This document shows positions 1 to 9,755 of a DNA stretch of 64,000 nt, piece by piece. Below the pieces are notes generated by a model that saw only the letters and a program-made list of their open reading frames with translations, ran no database searches and had not been told where the DNA came from. A program made the position numbers and the translations under genes. Source of the DNA: Thermoplasmatota archaeon (GTDB lineage Archaea; Thermoplasmatota; E2; JACPAO01; JAHFTW01); contig JBFIHX010000001.1 of the NCBI GenBank assembly GCA_041601615.1, positions 256,001-320,000 on the forward strand. The letters run 5' to 3'. How positions within the stretch are numbered: the first letter of the stretch is position 1; each line of letters opens with the position of its first letter.

Positions 1-14
1 AGCGACCAAGCGAT

Positions 15-800
15 GTGCCTTCCCACCGCCTCCGCGCCATCATCCTTGCAGCCCTTGTAAGCCTCAGTCTCTCCGGTTGCACAAGCCCCATGGCCCTCCT
101 GCCCGAACAACTGCAAGGCAACCGCGCCGGAGACCTAACCCGGGCGCTGCTTCTAGACGACCCATATCCAAACCTCGTCGTAGAAATCGACACCACCAAC
201 GGCTACACCCCCTGCCCCGAAACCCTCGACGCGCTGCGCGAAAACCTCGACACATACACCCTCAAACAATTCATCCGCATCCTCAGCCCCGCCCGAACGC
301 CCGCCGAGGACGGCGAATACAGCAACCACGAACTCATCGACATCCACCGAGCACTCGCTGACGAGGGCCCCGTGCGCACCCACGGCAAAGGCCAGACCGC
401 CCACTTGCACGTTATCTTTCTCAACGGCCAACCCGAAGGCGCCGACGGCCACGGACTGGGACGCACCAGCCAATCATGGGGCGTCATCTTCCTGTTTCCA
501 GACGCCTACGAGAACGCCTACAGCATCCAAGGCGGCAAACGCGTAGACATGCGCTGCGCTCTCGAACGAACCATCATGCTGCACGAACTCGGACACGCCT
601 ACGGACTCGTAGACGACGGCGTGCCAGCCCTGACCGAACGCGAAACCAGCCCCGGCAGCGGCCACAGCCTACACCCCGACAGCGTCATGACGGAGCGCAT
701 CCGCATGGGCACCAACGGACTCCTGCTTGCCCCGCTGCCCCAGGACTTTGACGCCCACGACCGCGACGACTTGTTTGCCTACGTGCGAAACAACAACTAA
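15..800 (+). CDS. Lipoprotein, putative zinc metallopeptidase (metzincin-like)
   Basis: Hydrophobic signal ending in lipobox LSGC; HELGHAYGL zinc motif followed by a later His and an SVM Met-turn. Confidence 0.75.
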   Translation: MPSHRLRAIILAALVSLSLSGCTSPMALLPEQLQGNRAGDLTRALLLDDPYPNLVVEIDTTNGYTPCPETLDALRENLDTYTLKQFIRILSPARTPAEDGEYSNHELIDIHRALADEGPVRTHGKGQTAHLHVIFLNGQPEGADGHGLGRTSQSWGVIFLFPDAYENAYSIQGGKRVDMRCALERTIMLHELGHAYGLVDDGVPALTERETSPGSGHSLHPDSVMTERIRMGTNGLLLAPLPQDFDAHDRDDLFAYVRNNN

Positions 801-2422
801 AGCAGCGACACGGGCCGGCCCCACAACGGAAGCTCAGCGCGGTGCCCCGTGCGGTCCCGGTAGCGAGCCGCGGTCAAATCGGGTTCATGCGTGTGCACGG
901 GCACGAGCAAGTTGGCGCCAATTTCGTCCAGCACCCAATCCAAGTCCTTCTCCGACAAGTGGCCACTGACATGCGTGTCGCGGCGCTGCAACCGGAACGC
1001 CTCCAGCCAACGGTTCAATTTGCGGTCGCCAATTTCCATTTCGTCGTTGAACGGCTGCGTCATGCTGTGGATGTACACGCCGTTGCTGCCGCCGGTTCCG
1101 CCCGCCGAGACGGGAAACAAATCGAACAACTCGTTGATCGTCCAATAGCTGATGCTAAACAAGTAGGAATGCGGCGAAGCAGCCACATCCGCGCTCGTTA
1201 CCGTGTTGCCCGTCAACAAATACGGGTGCTCCCATTTGTCGTGGTCGCCAAGCCAGAATTCCTGCCATTTTTCCTCGCCCACGTCCAGACTCGACATCTC
1301 CAGGTCCGTTCCCGGCATCCGCAACGTCCCAACCGGCATGCCACGAACGCCCTTGCCGCGAAGGGGGACATGGATGGCAAGGTTTGGGTCCGAGAGTGGA
1401 TCCGGCAGGTCCGTGCGGCCAGCGCGGCGCAGGGATGTTACAAGATCCGCGACCTTCGTGGGAATCACCAACCTGCGTCGAGAGGAGCGCGCCACGTTCC
1501 AAATGCTCAGGAACCGATCCAAGTCACGCGGCGGATAGCTGATGCCCACAAACACGTCCCCCGCCTCGTCCAAGAACGCCTGAATTTGCCCCTCCACCTT
1601 CACTTCCTCGTCGGTCTCCGGGTGGTGTTTGTGGTCCTGGCGCACATTCGTGCCTTCCGCCACGAGTACGTCCACGCCCCCGGCGCGCTCGATGAGTTTC
1701 TTCGTCTCGTCGCCGCTGCGCCCATGCAAACGGAAATCCCCCGTGTACACGACGCTCACCGGCCCCTCCAAGAGGCTCGCACGAGCTCCATGAATGCTAT
1801 GATCCACGCCAAAGTGACGAATGTTCCACTCGCCAACTCCCTGATTGCCGCCGTCCACGATGCGGTCCACCATGACCGGTTCGCCCGTCTCCGGGTCAAA
1901 GCTCGCCCCCGCCTTGTTCGGGCCACCCTTCTTGCCCGTGGGAATTCCCTTTGGACGCGCCGACAAAAACTCCGTAAGCACACCGCCGGCGCCGGTAGTC
2001 TGCAAACTCGACAAGGTTGCCTGGCTCTCAGGACTCATCAGAATCGGCACGTCAGGGCGCAACAGCCCAAGAAGGCCGCAGTGATCCTGGTGGGCGTGAC
2101 TGACAAGCACCGCATCCGCCGAAGCGCCGCCCGGAGTGCCGCCGCGATCGGAGCGGTACAAGCCGGGAATGTCCGGGATAATTCCAAGCCGCATCAGGTC
2201 CGGGACCATCGAGAAGCCACGAGGCTGGAGAAAATCGTCGTAGAAATCATTCCAACCCGGCTCCATGTGGCGGGTGTCCTGGCCCGTGTGCCGGTGCAGG
2301 CGCGGATCGTTGCCAAACCGCTTGCCAAAATCCAGGAAAATTCGAGCGCCACCACCCTCGAGCAGGAAGGCGTTGCCGCCGATTTCTGCGACGCCCCCAT
2401 ATCCTGTGAGTGTGACGGACAT
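797..2422 (-). CDS. Metallo-beta-lactamase/beta-CASP ribonuclease (RNase J-like)
   Basis: GGVAEIGGN, SHAHQDH, VDHSI, YTGDFRLHG, HVSGH and PVH motifs; start trimmed to ATG 2422 (MSVTLTGYGG). Confidence 0.85.
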   Translation of the reverse strand: MSVTLTGYGGVAEIGGNAFLLEGGGARIFLDFGKRFGNDPRLHRHTGQDTRHMEPGWNDFYDDFLQPRGFSMVPDLMRLGIIPDIPGLYRSDRGGTPGGASADAVLVSHAHQDHCGLLGLLRPDVPILMSPESQATLSSLQTTGAGGVLTEFLSARPKGIPTGKKGGPNKAGASFDPETGEPVMVDRIVDGGNQGVGEWNIRHFGVDHSIHGARASLLEGPVSVVYTGDFRLHGRSGDETKKLIERAGGVDVLVAEGTNVRQDHKHHPETDEEVKVEGQIQAFLDEAGDVFVGISYPPRDLDRFLSIWNVARSSRRRLVIPTKVADLVTSLRRAGRTDLPDPLSDPNLAIHVPLRGKGVRGMPVGTLRMPGTDLEMSSLDVGEEKWQEFWLGDHDKWEHPYLLTGNTVTSADVAASPHSYLFSISYWTINELFDLFPVSAGGTGGSNGVYIHSMTQPFNDEMEIGDRKLNRWLEAFRLQRRDTHVSGHLSEKDLDWVLDEIGANLLVPVHTHEPDLTAARYRDRTGHRAELPLWGRPVSLL

Positions 2423-2470
2423 AGGGCTTGGATGATTATGATGTACTTGGGGCCGACGGAGTGCGCCACG

Positions 2471-2530
2471 GGGTGGCCGAGCAAAGCGAACGCCGCCCTC
2501 CAGGGGCAATCCGAGGGGCAGGATGTCCCT
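2471..2530 (+). repeat. Dispersed palindromic REP/MITE-like element, copy A
   Basis: GGGTGGCCGAGCAAAGCGAACGCCGCCCTCCAGGGG...; similar to 16097-16153(-), 36253-36279 and partly 52261-52298. Confidence 0.5.
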
Positions 2531-2585
2531 AGGCGGGAGTCAAAATTGGGGAAAAAGAGAGGAAAAGGGGCTTGGATGTACCGCG

Positions 2586-4568
2586 TTAGGCCAGTCCGCC
2601 AGACTCGATGAGTTGCTGGGGCGTGACGATGTGGCCGCAGGTTTCCATGAGGGCTTCGAGTCCCTGCTTCTGTTTGGCGTAGATCTCAAACAGGCGCTTG
2701 GGGCAGTCCGCTTCCTTGCCGTATGCTTCGATTTGCAGTTCGATGCGGGCTAGGATGTTGTCCAGGTACAGGCTGAACTGGCGGTCGTACAGGTCCTGCG
2801 TGTATTCCTTGTTGATGGTCTCGGCGAAGATCTGCTTGAGGTCTTCGTAGAGGGGCAGGAAGCCGATGGGGGTCTTGATGGCCTTGACTTCGCCGTGGGC
2901 GCGGCGTTCGAGCCAGGTCAGCCAGGCCTTCACGTCGCTCTTGTCTCCGAGCAGCCGACCGTCGTGGCGGTCCCCGCCGCGAGCGGCGTGGGTGAGGAAG
3001 TAGTTGAGGCCCGCCATGATGGGAACATCCTCCAGCTTCGGGTTGTTGAAGAACTCGAACTGAGCGGCCATGTAGTCAGCCAGGGGGCCCGGCGTGAACG
3101 GGGCGTTGGCCCAGGGTTGGCGGTTGACGCCGGTGGAGCCAATCTCGGCAGAGGTTGCTGCGGAGAGGATGGAGGCGCCGATGACGACTCCTTCGTTGGG
3201 CGAGGTGGCGACCCAGACGGGTGGCATGGTATCGCTGTCGCGGCCGCTGTACGTGATGACCTTGACGGGGACGCCCTCGGCGGACCATGCCATGTCCTTG
3301 TTGTAATTGTCAATGTTTGTGCAGGAAACCGTGCAGCGAGCGTTCTTGTTGGAGAACGGGACGCGTTGGCCATCGGCGTCGGTTTTGCCCGCGTGCCAGG
3401 TGCCCGTGTAGTGGCGTCCTTCGATGGGTTCGGGGAGGCCGTCGCCCATCCAGCGGGGGGTGCCGTGGCCGTCCACGAGGACGTTGCTGAAGATGACCTC
3501 GTCTTGGACGTCTCCGCGCAGGAGCTTCATGAGGTGGGGGTCGCTTTCCCGGTGTACGTCGCGCACGATGCCGAAGATGCCGATTTCGGGGGTGACGGCG
3601 CGCACGGTGTGGTCGTCCCCGATCCACATTTGGGCAAGGTCGTCGCCAATGAAGTCGGTACCGACCATCGCGGTGGTGGTTTTGCCGCAGCCGGACGGGG
3701 CAGCGCCGGCAAAGAAGGTCTTGCGGCCGTTGGGGCCTGTTAGGCCCGTGATGAACATGTGCTCGGAGAGCTGTTCGCCGCGGCGTTCGTAGACGCAGAG
3801 GTCCACGGTAAACCGGTGGTTGCCCTTCTTCAAAAGGAGGGTGTTGCCGGCGTAGGTGCAGAACATGGAGTAGGTCGTGCCGTGGTTGCGATCCATGTAG
3901 ACGCGGGCGCGCGCAACGTCCTCACTTAGGAATGATCCCATGCTGTGGACGTTTGTGAAGAAAAGGCCGGCGCGCTTTGCCTCGGCGTCGAAGTGGTTGA
4001 ACACGTTCGGGTAGAGGATGTTGCCGGAGTGGACCACGTAGTAGGAGTCCGTGATCATGATGGCCGGGACGGCCGGTGGGGCGCCGATCGGGCCGCGGTT
4101 CCACATGGAAACCAGCATTGTTTTGCCTTCCATGATGCCGGCCATGTTTTCGACGATGTACGTGTGGGCTTCGGGGCGGGGCTGTTTCTTGGCCAGGACG
4201 GAGACGCGTTCGTCCTCGTCCACGATGTACAAGGTCTGGTTGACGAGGCGGCCTTGGTCCTCGGGCAGGTCGTAGTGGCAGGTGTGGCCGGGCAACGCAA
4301 GCTCGAATTCCTCTCCCTGTGCCAGGGAACCCTGACGGACCGCCTCACAGTCCTCTTCGGAGCCACTGTTGAACCAGACGGCCTTGGGTCGCAGCATAGC
4401 CACGGCATTGGCGATCTTCAGGGCCGCTTTGTCATTCGCGATGGTTGCGAATTTTGCCTTGTTTGCCTCGTCACACTTGGATTCGACGAGTCGGCGTGCG
4501 TCCTCGATGGTCCGGATGCCTCCGATGCCGGAGAGAATGTCGTTTTCGACTTGCATATTCATCTGCAT
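2586..4568 (-). CDS. pckG: Phosphoenolpyruvate carboxykinase (GTP)
   Basis: YAGNTLLLKK, EHMFI, GAAPSGCGKT P-loop, IGDDLA, NARCT motifs; start uncertain. Confidence 0.95.
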   Translation of the reverse strand: MQMNMQVENDILSGIGGIRTIEDARRLVESKCDEANKAKFATIANDKAALKIANAVAMLRPKAVWFNSGSEEDCEAVRQGSLAQGEEFELALPGHTCHYDLPEDQGRLVNQTLYIVDEDERVSVLAKKQPRPEAHTYIVENMAGIMEGKTMLVSMWNRGPIGAPPAVPAIMITDSYYVVHSGNILYPNVFNHFDAEAKRAGLFFTNVHSMGSFLSEDVARARVYMDRNHGTTYSMFCTYAGNTLLLKKGNHRFTVDLCVYERRGEQLSEHMFITGLTGPNGRKTFFAGAAPSGCGKTTTAMVGTDFIGDDLAQMWIGDDHTVRAVTPEIGIFGIVRDVHRESDPHLMKLLRGDVQDEVIFSNVLVDGHGTPRWMGDGLPEPIEGRHYTGTWHAGKTDADGQRVPFSNKNARCTVSCTNIDNYNKDMAWSAEGVPVKVITYSGRDSDTMPPVWVATSPNEGVVIGASILSAATSAEIGSTGVNRQPWANAPFTPGPLADYMAAQFEFFNNPKLEDVPIMAGLNYFLTHAARGGDRHDGRLLGDKSDVKAWLTWLERRAHGEVKAIKTPIGFLPLYEDLKQIFAETINKEYTQDLYDRQFSLYLDNILARIELQIEAYGKEADCPKRLFEIYAKQKQGLEALMETCGHIVTPQQLIESGGLA

Positions 4569-4904
4569 TGGTGCGTCCCCAGGGTTTGCCCGGGCCCGTG
4601 ATTGGGTGTCCGGGCCCGCCTCGGGCCTTCGCACAAATGGGTCCTGTTTCAATGTTGCCCGAGCAAGACAGGAGAATCAAGCGTCTATTGAGGGCCTCAG
4701 GACTAGGTCCTGCCAGGGAGCGAATCGTCTTTTTCTAGACATTGTGGGCGTGCTAGGGCAATCCAGGTGGTGCCTCATGGCGGCGCCGGGGTGGGTGTGG
4801 GTGTGGGGACGTCCGCTGCTGAGCCCGACGCGTGTGCGGCACCGAGGGCGACTCGCCTTTTCTTTCCGGCCCACCGCCCTTCGGGTGGGTGCTTGCACGG
4901 GGGG

Positions 4905-6542
4905 TTAGAATCCTTCAGGCACCAAGGGGTCCTTCCAGCCGATGCCGTTTTGCAGCCACGCGAAATTTTGCCCGTCGAGTCCCATGTGGATGAGGGTGAA
5001 TGCGATGGCGGCGATGGCGAGCCAGAAGTGGGTCCAGCGCCAGGTGGCGTAGTTCCAGCGGCGAATCATCGGCACTTGGATGGCGCCCGTGACGCCGAGG
5101 GCGAACATGGCGAGGATGGCGGGTGCACCCCAAAGAACACCCACGAGCCAGTGGTAGCCGTCCTCGGCGAGGCCTGTGTTGACGTCCCACATGAAAATGA
5201 ACATGTGCGCCAATGCTGCGGCGGTGAGGCCGTAGCTGAGGAAGTTGTGGAAGGCGACGCGGCGCTTGGCGCTACCAAAGATCTTGTTGAGGCTGCGGCG
5301 CGTGCCTTTGCCAAAGATGCCTCCGCTGTAGATGCTCCCAATCATCAGGATGGCGCTGGCGTAGCCGACAATTTCGCTGATGCGGGCAATGGTGACGGTT
5401 TCGAGGACGGGGCCGGGAATGACGGTGCTTCCGAGGTCTGTTCCTAGCACTGCGCCTCCGGCGCCACCGGTGCTTCCTCCCGACGGGGCCGGCATGAGGG
5501 GGACTTCGAGCGGAGGCAGCACCGTGCGGTCGAAGGTGGCGTCGAGGTAGTCGGGGTCGTTGGCGTTCTCGTGGTCGTGGTAGAACGTGGCGTTGACGAT
5601 GAGTTGGATACGCTCGGCGGGGCCAGGAACTGCGAGGACTTCGAGGGGGAATGTGAACAGGCTGCCGCCGCCGCCTACGTCGTCGATGCCAAAGCCGATG
5701 TCGTCCACGACGACTTTCTGGGTTTCTCCGGTGGCGTTGCTCCAGGCGCGTACGTTGACGGTGAAGCCGATGTCGCCGATGGAGAGGTCAAGCACGGGTG
5801 GGGTGCCGGAGCCTATGGGCGTGATTTCGGCGCGGATTTTCCATTGTCCGTAGCCGTATTGTCCAAAGTCGCTGCCTCCTTTGGCGTGGAACCGCTCCGT
5901 TGCGCCCTTGCCGTGGGCATCGATGGGTTGGATGATGCTGGCTGCTGCGTCTTCGCCTTCGGCGGGTTGGACGTAGAGCGTCAAGTCGGGCCCGGTGTTT
6001 TGGTCTCGGTTGTCAGGTACGAGTTCGAGAATCAGGTCGGTGGTGCCGTTTTCGATGGTGACGAGTACGTCCGTGTAGTAGCTGCGACCAAGATCACCCG
6101 GGTCAATGCTGGCAGGATCAACGGTGATGGTGTCGGTGACGGCGACAGGGTCGAGTGCGCCGCGTGCGCCCGTGAATTGGACGCTTGGTGCATCCGAGAT
6201 GTCCATAGTGACGCGGATGCCGCTGACAACACTGAGCCAATTGTTTCGAAGCGACACGGTGTAGTCGACGCTTTCGCCCACGGCCACGGTGGTGTAGTCG
6301 GGGATGATGATGAGCGCCGGGTCCATGTCAGGTGTGTCTTTTCCTGGTCCGTGGCAGTCCCAGCAGTTGCTGTCCTGGGGCTTGATGTAGCCATCTTCCG
6401 TGATCTGCGCTTGGCCCACGGCCATGAATGCGGCGAACACCAGCAGCACCGCGACGCCTACTTTTGGCCTGCTCAACAGCGTCGCGAGGCCTCTTCCCGT
6501 ATTTGGGCGCAAGGGAATGCGTGCCTGGACCCACGACCGCAT
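4905..6542 (-). CDS. Membrane protein with N-terminal CxxCH heme motif and C-terminal ferric-reductase/cytochrome b-like TM domain
   Basis: Signal/TM segment, CWDCH at 6351-6365, acidic beta-rich ectodomain, four C-terminal TM helices carrying two His pairs; start uncertain. Confidence 0.7.
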   Translation of the reverse strand: MRSWVQARIPLRPNTGRGLATLLSRPKVGVAVLLVFAAFMAVGQAQITEDGYIKPQDSNCWDCHGPGKDTPDMDPALIIIPDYTTVAVGESVDYTVSLRNNWLSVVSGIRVTMDISDAPSVQFTGARGALDPVAVTDTITVDPASIDPGDLGRSYYTDVLVTIENGTTDLILELVPDNRDQNTGPDLTLYVQPAEGEDAAASIIQPIDAHGKGATERFHAKGGSDFGQYGYGQWKIRAEITPIGSGTPPVLDLSIGDIGFTVNVRAWSNATGETQKVVVDDIGFGIDDVGGGGSLFTFPLEVLAVPGPAERIQLIVNATFYHDHENANDPDYLDATFDRTVLPPLEVPLMPAPSGGSTGGAGGAVLGTDLGSTVIPGPVLETVTIARISEIVGYASAILMIGSIYSGGIFGKGTRRSLNKIFGSAKRRVAFHNFLSYGLTAAALAHMFIFMWDVNTGLAEDGYHWLVGVLWGAPAILAMFALGVTGAIQVPMIRRWNYATWRWTHFWLAIAAIAFTLIHMGLDGQNFAWLQNGIGWKDPLVPEGF

Positions 6543-6630
6543 GGGCACTGACCCGGCGTGGAACTTTATGAACGCTCGCATCACGTTGCCGAAGCGTCCG
6601 CTTCAAGTGGTTGCTTAGAGTGGCGGTGGC

Positions 6631-7314
6631 GTGGATGCGCTGAAGCAGGCTGCTGGCGTTGCGGCGGCAGCGGAAGTCGAGGACGGCATGGTGGTGGGCC
6701 TGGGCACCGGCAGTACGGTGCACTATACGATATTGGAACTGGCCCGGCGCGTGCATGAAGAAGGGTTGCGCATGGTGGGCATCCCCACGAGCGAGCGCAG
6801 CGCCAAGCTTGCTGCCGACGGCGGGATCAGCCTCACAAACTTGGATGCGCACCCCGTGGTGGATGTGACCATCGATGGGGCGGACGAATTCGACGGCGAC
6901 CTTCGACTCATAAAAGGTGGCGGCGGGGCGCTCACTCGGGAGAAAATCGTGGCGCACGCAAGCAAACGCATGGTGGTCGTGGCGGACGCTTCCAAGCAAG
7001 TGGCAAAACTCGGGTCCACGTTCGCGCTTCCGATCGAAGTGATCGATCTTGGCAAGACTCCGGTGCTGCGCCTTCTGGAGACCCTTGGCGCCGACGCCGT
7101 GTTGAGGGCAGACCCGGCCCAGCCCGACGGCTTGTACCGAACCGACAACGGCCACCCCATCATTGACGCAAAATGGTCCCACATCGAGGATCCGGAGAGC
7201 CTAGAGCGCGAACTGAACATGACTCCTGGAGTGGTCGAGTGCGGCTTGTTTTTGGGCATGTGCGACGCGGTCTATCTTGCAAGCTCCAGCGGCGTTGAAG
7301 TCATCCGCAAGTAG
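6631..7314 (+). CDS. rpiA: Ribose-5-phosphate isomerase A
   Basis: GLGTGST, IDGADE, IKGGGGALTREKIVA, GVVECGLF. Confidence 0.97.
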   Translation: MDALKQAAGVAAAAEVEDGMVVGLGTGSTVHYTILELARRVHEEGLRMVGIPTSERSAKLAADGGISLTNLDAHPVVDVTIDGADEFDGDLRLIKGGGGALTREKIVAHASKRMVVVADASKQVAKLGSTFALPIEVIDLGKTPVLRLLETLGADAVLRADPAQPDGLYRTDNGHPIIDAKWSHIEDPESLERELNMTPGVVECGLFLGMCDAVYLASSSGVEVIRK

Positions 7315-7428
7315 GCACGAGCCGACGCACGACCAAGCAGCCTCAGCGTTGTGGGTTCGTCACGCTCAGACAACAACGCACTCCGCATCATCCGCGATGG
7401 CCCCAGACCGATGCAGCGCCAACCCGAA

Positions 7429-7788
7429 CTAGAGCCGCTTAAGGGCCCCATCCAAGGTCCCTATAGCATGCTCATACGATTGAATCGCCTTTTGCCCAAG
7501 TTCTCCGTAATGCTGCTTGATTGAAGCTCCCTTGGCCATCAGCTTGTATTTGTGCATGGGACGACCCTTACCATCCCGAGGAACCGCCTCCGCGTCCGCC
7601 CAGCCACGATCACGCAACATCCTCATCCCAACAGAAACCTCCGGTTGCCGGAGGCCTGTGTGGTCCACGATTTCTTGCGTTCCCATGGACCCGTGGGCAA
7701 TGAGAGACGCCAACAGAGTAGCCTCGACGCGCTTTGCGCCCAACTGTTGCAGACAATCACGAAGCCCGGCCTCGTCGTCGCCAGCCAT
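7429..7788 (-). CDS. Archaeal winged-helix transcriptional regulator
   Basis: TGLRQPEVSVGMRML...GKGRPMHKYKL pattern typical of an archaeal ArsR-like HTH family. Confidence 0.8.
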   Translation of the reverse strand: MAGDDEAGLRDCLQQLGAKRVEATLLASLIAHGSMGTQEIVDHTGLRQPEVSVGMRMLRDRGWADAEAVPRDGKGRPMHKYKLMAKGASIKQHYGELGQKAIQSYEHAIGTLDGALKRL

Positions 7789-7924
7789 AAGCCGAGTTGG
7801 TTTCCATTCCTATATTTGATTTTTCTTGTAGAGTCACAGGTTGGGCCGCCTTGGCGCCGCTGAACTGGCGGGGCTCCGTGTTGGGTGGGCGGGTTTTTCA
7901 GGGAGGCCCCCGTCGGAAGTCCCA

Positions 7925-8485
7925 ATGACTGAGAATGCCCTCGTGGAACCAGGCACCCCCCTGGCCTACAGTGAGGAATACCTGCCCGGTCAGGGCACCT
8001 ACGACGATGGCGAACAAATTCGCGCCGCCGTCTTCGGATCACAGCACGTCGACACGGAAAGCATGACGCTCACCGTGCGAAGTGCCGGCAAGTCCATTGC
8101 CAGCATCGAAAAGGGCGACGTGGTCGTCGGCCGCATCACCTACACCAAGCCCGAGCTTGCAAGCGTGCAGATTCTTGAGATCCGCGGCAAGACCGGCACC
8201 ATCCTGCAAGCCGTGGAAGGCACCCTGCACGTCAGCAAGGTCGACAATCGCTACATCAAGGACATGGAGCAAGAAATCCAAGTGGGCGATGTCATCCGCG
8301 CCAAGGTGATTGGCCTGCGCGGCGGACCGCAGCTTGCCACGGACAAGCCCGAATTTGGCGTCCTTCGCGCCTACAGCCGGGAGCGCGTTCCCCTGGAGCG
8401 CCGTGGCAACGCTTTGGTGGACCCATCCACGGGCTACAAGACGACCCGCAAAATCGCCGAGGACTACGGCAGCGGCATCGTCTAG
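7925..8485 (+). CDS. csl4: Exosome complex RNA-binding protein Csl4
   Basis: VEPGTPLA..EEYLPGQGTY N-terminus, S1 domain (GDVVVGRI, LHVSKV, GDVIRAKV), C-terminal RKIAEDYG. Confidence 0.9.
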   Translation: MTENALVEPGTPLAYSEEYLPGQGTYDDGEQIRAAVFGSQHVDTESMTLTVRSAGKSIASIEKGDVVVGRITYTKPELASVQILEIRGKTGTILQAVEGTLHVSKVDNRYIKDMEQEIQVGDVIRAKVIGLRGGPQLATDKPEFGVLRAYSRERVPLERRGNALVDPSTGYKTTRKIAEDYGSGIV

Positions 8486-8554
8486 ACGGGCCCCATCCAG
8501 ACCAAGCGGCCTTGCGTCGCTTCTTGTGCGATCTGGTTTCGTTCAGCGCATGCT

Positions 8555-8824
8555 CTAGCCACCCGCGATGGCGGGAACAATCCGCAAGACTTCGCTGCCT
8601 GCAAGCTTCGTTTGCGGCCCGTCCAGTGCTTGGATGTCATCGGCGCCCAGAAATACGCGCACGAAGGGCCGGATCTGCCCATTTGCAAGCAATTGTGCGC
8701 CAAGTTCCGGGTGAACTACGGCAAGATTCTGCATTGCATCTAGGACCGTAGCGCCGTCGACGGGAACCTCCGCCTCATCGGAGGCAAGCCGGCGCAGCAC
8801 CGTGGGCAGCCGAACCGTTACCAC
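8555..8824 (-). CDS. Ubiquitin-like sulfur carrier (MoaD/ThiS/CysO/SAMP family)
   Basis: 89 aa, VTVRLPTVLR start and IVPAIAGG diglycine C-terminus; GTG start overlaps the JAB gene stop. Confidence 0.92.
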   Translation of the reverse strand: MVTVRLPTVLRRLASDEAEVPVDGATVLDAMQNLAVVHPELGAQLLANGQIRPFVRVFLGADDIQALDGPQTKLAGSEVLRIVPAIAGG

Positions 8825-9279
8825 GATCCCGCCTCCGTCAATTGCAGAGGATGCTCGCGAAACTCCCCGTCGGCACCATGGAGTCGCCAAGCGCGCAGAA
8901 TTCCCTCCGGAGCGTGCGGCGGGAAGCCATGAATCAGGTACCACCACCCCACGGCAGCATGGGCGCGATCGGTTTTGCTGGGCACCGCGTCCGTGAACGG
9001 GTGGCTGTGTACGATTCCCACAACCTCCTGTCCTGTGCCCTCCAGTTCGTCTTCAAGGTCCAGAAACGCCACCGGATCCACTTGGTACCGCGTCCGGGGC
9101 TCCGCGTGCAGGTTGCGCGTGGCGCGAACCGATTCGATGCGACCATGCGCCCCAATCAAGTAACCACAGCCCTCGTTGGGAGCCGCGGCGGCGCTCATCG
9201 CATGAATTGCCTCCACCGCGTCAGATTGAATGTGTACAAGCGGAGCTTCCAGGGGCGCAAGATGCGCGGGGAGAGCCAT
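8818..9279 (-). CDS. JAB/MPN+ (M67) metallopeptidase, Mec-like
   Basis: JAMM motif: EGCG...HSHP-x5-PSKTD. Confidence 0.92.
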   Translation of the reverse strand: MALPAHLAPLEAPLVHIQSDAVEAIHAMSAAAAPNEGCGYLIGAHGRIESVRATRNLHAEPRTRYQVDPVAFLDLEDELEGTGQEVVGIVHSHPFTDAVPSKTDRAHAAVGWWYLIHGFPPHAPEGILRAWRLHGADGEFREHPLQLTEAGSW

Positions 9280-9455
9280 GGAGACCCAAGAGCCCCAGCG
9301 GCCATGGAAACCCTGCGCGTACCGGCAAATCCTGCCGCAGCAAAGGGTTCTTTAGCCGAGGGATGGTTCGGCCGATTTGGTCAAGATGACGCAATCAACA
9401 GGACTGGACACAAACGTGCATGCAATCGACCCCCGCCAGGCGGTCGCCCTGCCCT

Positions 9456-9755
9456 ATGTCGCCGGCGCACCCTGTTTTTGTCGTTCCTAAGCCCACTCTT
9501 CAATTCCCACTCCTCCTTCGAAGCGCTCCTCCAAGCGTCCGATTGACCTACGCCTGCTTGCACCTTGGAATGGGCCACGACGGCCCGACCATTACGGAAG
9601 CAAGCGGCCTACCCGAACGCACCGTTCGCCACGCCGTGCGCTGGCTCGTAGACGAAGGCCTCGTGCGCAGGATCACCCGGCTCGCCGACACCCGCCGCAC
9701 CTTGCTCGTGCCCACGGACGCACCCGCCTGGACCGCCCCGGAGGTGCCCGCGTGA
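9456..9755 (+). CDS. Small winged-HTH protein
   Basis: ITEASGLPERTVRHAVRWLVDEGLVRR...DTRR helix-turn-helix-wing; stop overlaps next start (GTGA). Confidence 0.7.
   Translation: MSPAHPVFVVPKPTLQFPLLLRSAPPSVRLTYACLHLGMGHDGPTITEASGLPERTVRHAVRWLVDEGLVRRITRLADTRRTLLVPTDAPAWTAPEVPA

Noticed and set aside
842-2611. Long antisense ORFs (also 23560-24624, 45436-46875, 55382-57547, 62915-63979)
   Set aside because: Shadow frames of well-supported genes, expected in high-GC DNA
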